This document shows positions 62,476 to 64,000 of a stretch of DNA of 64,000 nt, one piece after another (position 1 is the stretch's first letter; the number at the start of each line of letters is the position of its first letter). Below the pieces are notes generated by a model. The model ran no database searches. It saw only the letters and a program-made list of their open reading frames with translations, and was not told the DNA's origin. The position numbers and the translations under genes are program-made. Source of the stretch: an uncultured delta proteobacterium (GTDB lineage Bacteria > Myxococcota > Myxococcia > SLRQ01); NCBI GenBank assembly GCA_963727485.1, contig CAVSGM010000009.1, positions 96,001-160,000 on the forward strand, given 5' to 3'.

Positions 62476-63252
62476 ATGCAAACGCGGTACCTCGAGATCG
62501 ACGACCTCACCGACGAGCTTCGCGACGCCCTGGACGAGACCCCCGCCGACCGGGCGGAGCTCTTCCGCCGGCGCTTCGACTACACCTGGGTCCACCACGA
62601 GAACGCCCTCGAGGGCGTGGTGCTCTCCTTCGAGGAGATCCACGGCGCCATGACCCAGACGGTGGTCACGGACCTCGCCAACGTGACCCTGTTCAAGAAG
62701 ATCCGCGCCAACTTCACCGCCCTGGAGATGGCCCGGGCGGAGAACGACACCAAGCGCTTCAAGTTCTCGGTGCCGATGTTCCAGCAGTTCTACGAGACCC
62801 TCTTCCTCGGCCTCGATTGGGACAAGGGCAAGTTCCGGCGCGACATCCCGCTCCACCGGACCTACTTCCACGACCTGCTCGCGCCGGAGAAGATCCCGGC
62901 CCGCCTCGACGCCCTGGTCGAGTACGCCAACGGCGCCGACTTCCGGGCCCTGCACCCCATCAAGCAGGCGGCGGTCTTCGGGCACCAGTTCATGCAGGTC
63001 TTCCCCTGGTCCGAGGCCTCGGGTCCCGTGGGCCGGCTGATGAGCAACATCCTGCTCATGCGCGCCGGCTACTTCCCGGTGGTCATCCACGCCCACGACC
63101 GGGAGCGGTACTACAACGCCCTCAAGGGCACCTCGCCGTCGACCCTGCGTGATCTGGTCGTCGAGTCCATGGAGAACAGCCTCCGGGGCTCCCTCAAGCT
63201 CCTCCGGGACGCTGCCGAGGGCGACGAGGCCCAGCCCGGCCGCGCCGGCTGA
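62476..63252 (+). CDS. Fic/DOC-fold protein with a degenerate catalytic motif
   Basis: HENALEG N-terminal motif; Fic loop reads VFPWSEASGPVGR instead of HPFxDGNGRxxR; followed by RERYYNAL. Confidence 0.78.
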   Translation: MQTRYLEIDDLTDELRDALDETPADRAELFRRRFDYTWVHHENALEGVVLSFEEIHGAMTQTVVTDLANVTLFKKIRANFTALEMARAENDTKRFKFSVPMFQQFYETLFLGLDWDKGKFRRDIPLHRTYFHDLLAPEKIPARLDALVEYANGADFRALHPIKQAAVFGHQFMQVFPWSEASGPVGRLMSNILLMRAGYFPVVIHAHDRERYYNALKGTSPSTLRDLVVESMENSLRGSLKLLRDAAEGDEAQPGRAG

Positions 63253-63280
63253 CCGGCCGGCGAGCGCACCCCCGGCGCAG

Positions 63281-63308
63281 TTGATGCCGGGGGGCCGCGG
63301 CCTATGCT
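63281..63308 (+). promoter_or_regulatory. Sigma70-like promoter for ribA, overlapping a GC hairpin after the Fic-like gene
   Basis: TTGATG-N16-TATGCT; hairpin CCCCGGC-N9-GCCGGGG. Confidence 0.45.
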
Positions 63309-63350
63309 TGAGCCTTGGCCGTGCCCCGGGCGCGGCGGAGGAGAGCCATC

Positions 63351-63989
63351 ATGGAGTCAATCGCCGCTGCGACCCAGGACGAGGTCTACACCCTCTCCGA
63401 CGGGGCCCGGGTCTGGGTCCACGCCCGGGCCAGCCTGCCGACCATCCATGGCACCTTCGAGGTCGTCGCCTTCCGCAACGAGCGGGACGGCAAGGAGCAC
63501 CTGGCGCTCGTCAGCGGTCCCCTCGATCCCGAGGCGGTGACCCCGGTGCGCCTCCACAGCGAGTGCCTCACCGGCGACGCCCTCGGCTCCATCCGCTGCG
63601 ACTGCCGGGCCCAGCTCGAGTCCGCCGAGGCGTCACTCGCCGAGGCCCCGGGGGGCGTGCTCCTCTACATGCGCCAGGAGGGCCGGGGCATCGGGCTGGC
63701 CAACAAGATCGCCGCCTACGCCCTGCAGGACGAGGGCCTCGACACCGTCGACGCCAACCTCCACCTCGGCTTCGACACCGACCTGCGGACCTACGACGTC
63801 GCCGCGGGGATGCTCCACCTCCTCGGCGTGGGGCGGGTGGCGCTGTACACCAACAACCCGCGCAAGGTCTTCGGGCTCAAGTCCGAGGGCATCGAGGTGG
63901 TGGAGCGGGTGCCCCTGAAGGTCGGCCTGCGGCCGGAGAACGCCTTCTACCTCTCGACCAAGCGCGACCGCTGCGGCCACCTCCTCTAG
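63351..63989 (+). CDS. ribA: GTP cyclohydrolase II
   Basis: VRLHSECLTGDALGSIRCDC, QEGRGIGL.NK, TNNPRK, YL.TK; GGAGG RBS. Confidence 0.95.
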   Translation: MESIAAATQDEVYTLSDGARVWVHARASLPTIHGTFEVVAFRNERDGKEHLALVSGPLDPEAVTPVRLHSECLTGDALGSIRCDCRAQLESAEASLAEAPGGVLLYMRQEGRGIGLANKIAAYALQDEGLDTVDANLHLGFDTDLRTYDVAAGMLHLLGVGRVALYTNNPRKVFGLKSEGIEVVERVPLKVGLRPENAFYLSTKRDRCGHLL

Positions 63990-64000
63990 GGGCGGTCGAG

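Overview
A very GC-rich bacterial window, most likely from a myxobacterium-like (Myxococcota) genome. That assignment rests on a CdnL-type CarD protein, multiple Hanks kinases with PEGA-like domains, FHA/TPR proteins and DUF507. Housekeeping genes are uvrC, uvrB, cysS, cdnL, comEC, an NtrY/NtrX-like two-component pair, glnE, ilvE and ribA. The best candidate for an undescribed system is 1352-13299. It is a divergent, tightly coupled 8-gene locus with a RavA/MoxR AAA+ ATPase, a vWA partner, two proteins I cannot assign, a TPR/SNAP-like+HEAT scaffold, two cytoplasmic TPR-fused Ser/Thr kinases (one with a trailing pseudokinase-like domain) and a TPR-FHA protein. This looks like a MoxR-vWA ternary-type system wired to phosphothreonine signalling. 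Other notable items: a lipoprotein resembling plant PHI-1/EXORDIUM; three near-identical sigma54 -24/-12 motifs just upstream of start codons, one of them comEC; a TrmB regulator with a palindromic operator candidate; a ~1.13 kb tandem duplication; and a degenerate Fic protein. Several frameshifts lie in or near homopolymer runs and may be assembly errors. I saw no rRNA, tRNA, CRISPR array or IS element. All family assignments come from motif recognition by eye, not from database searches.
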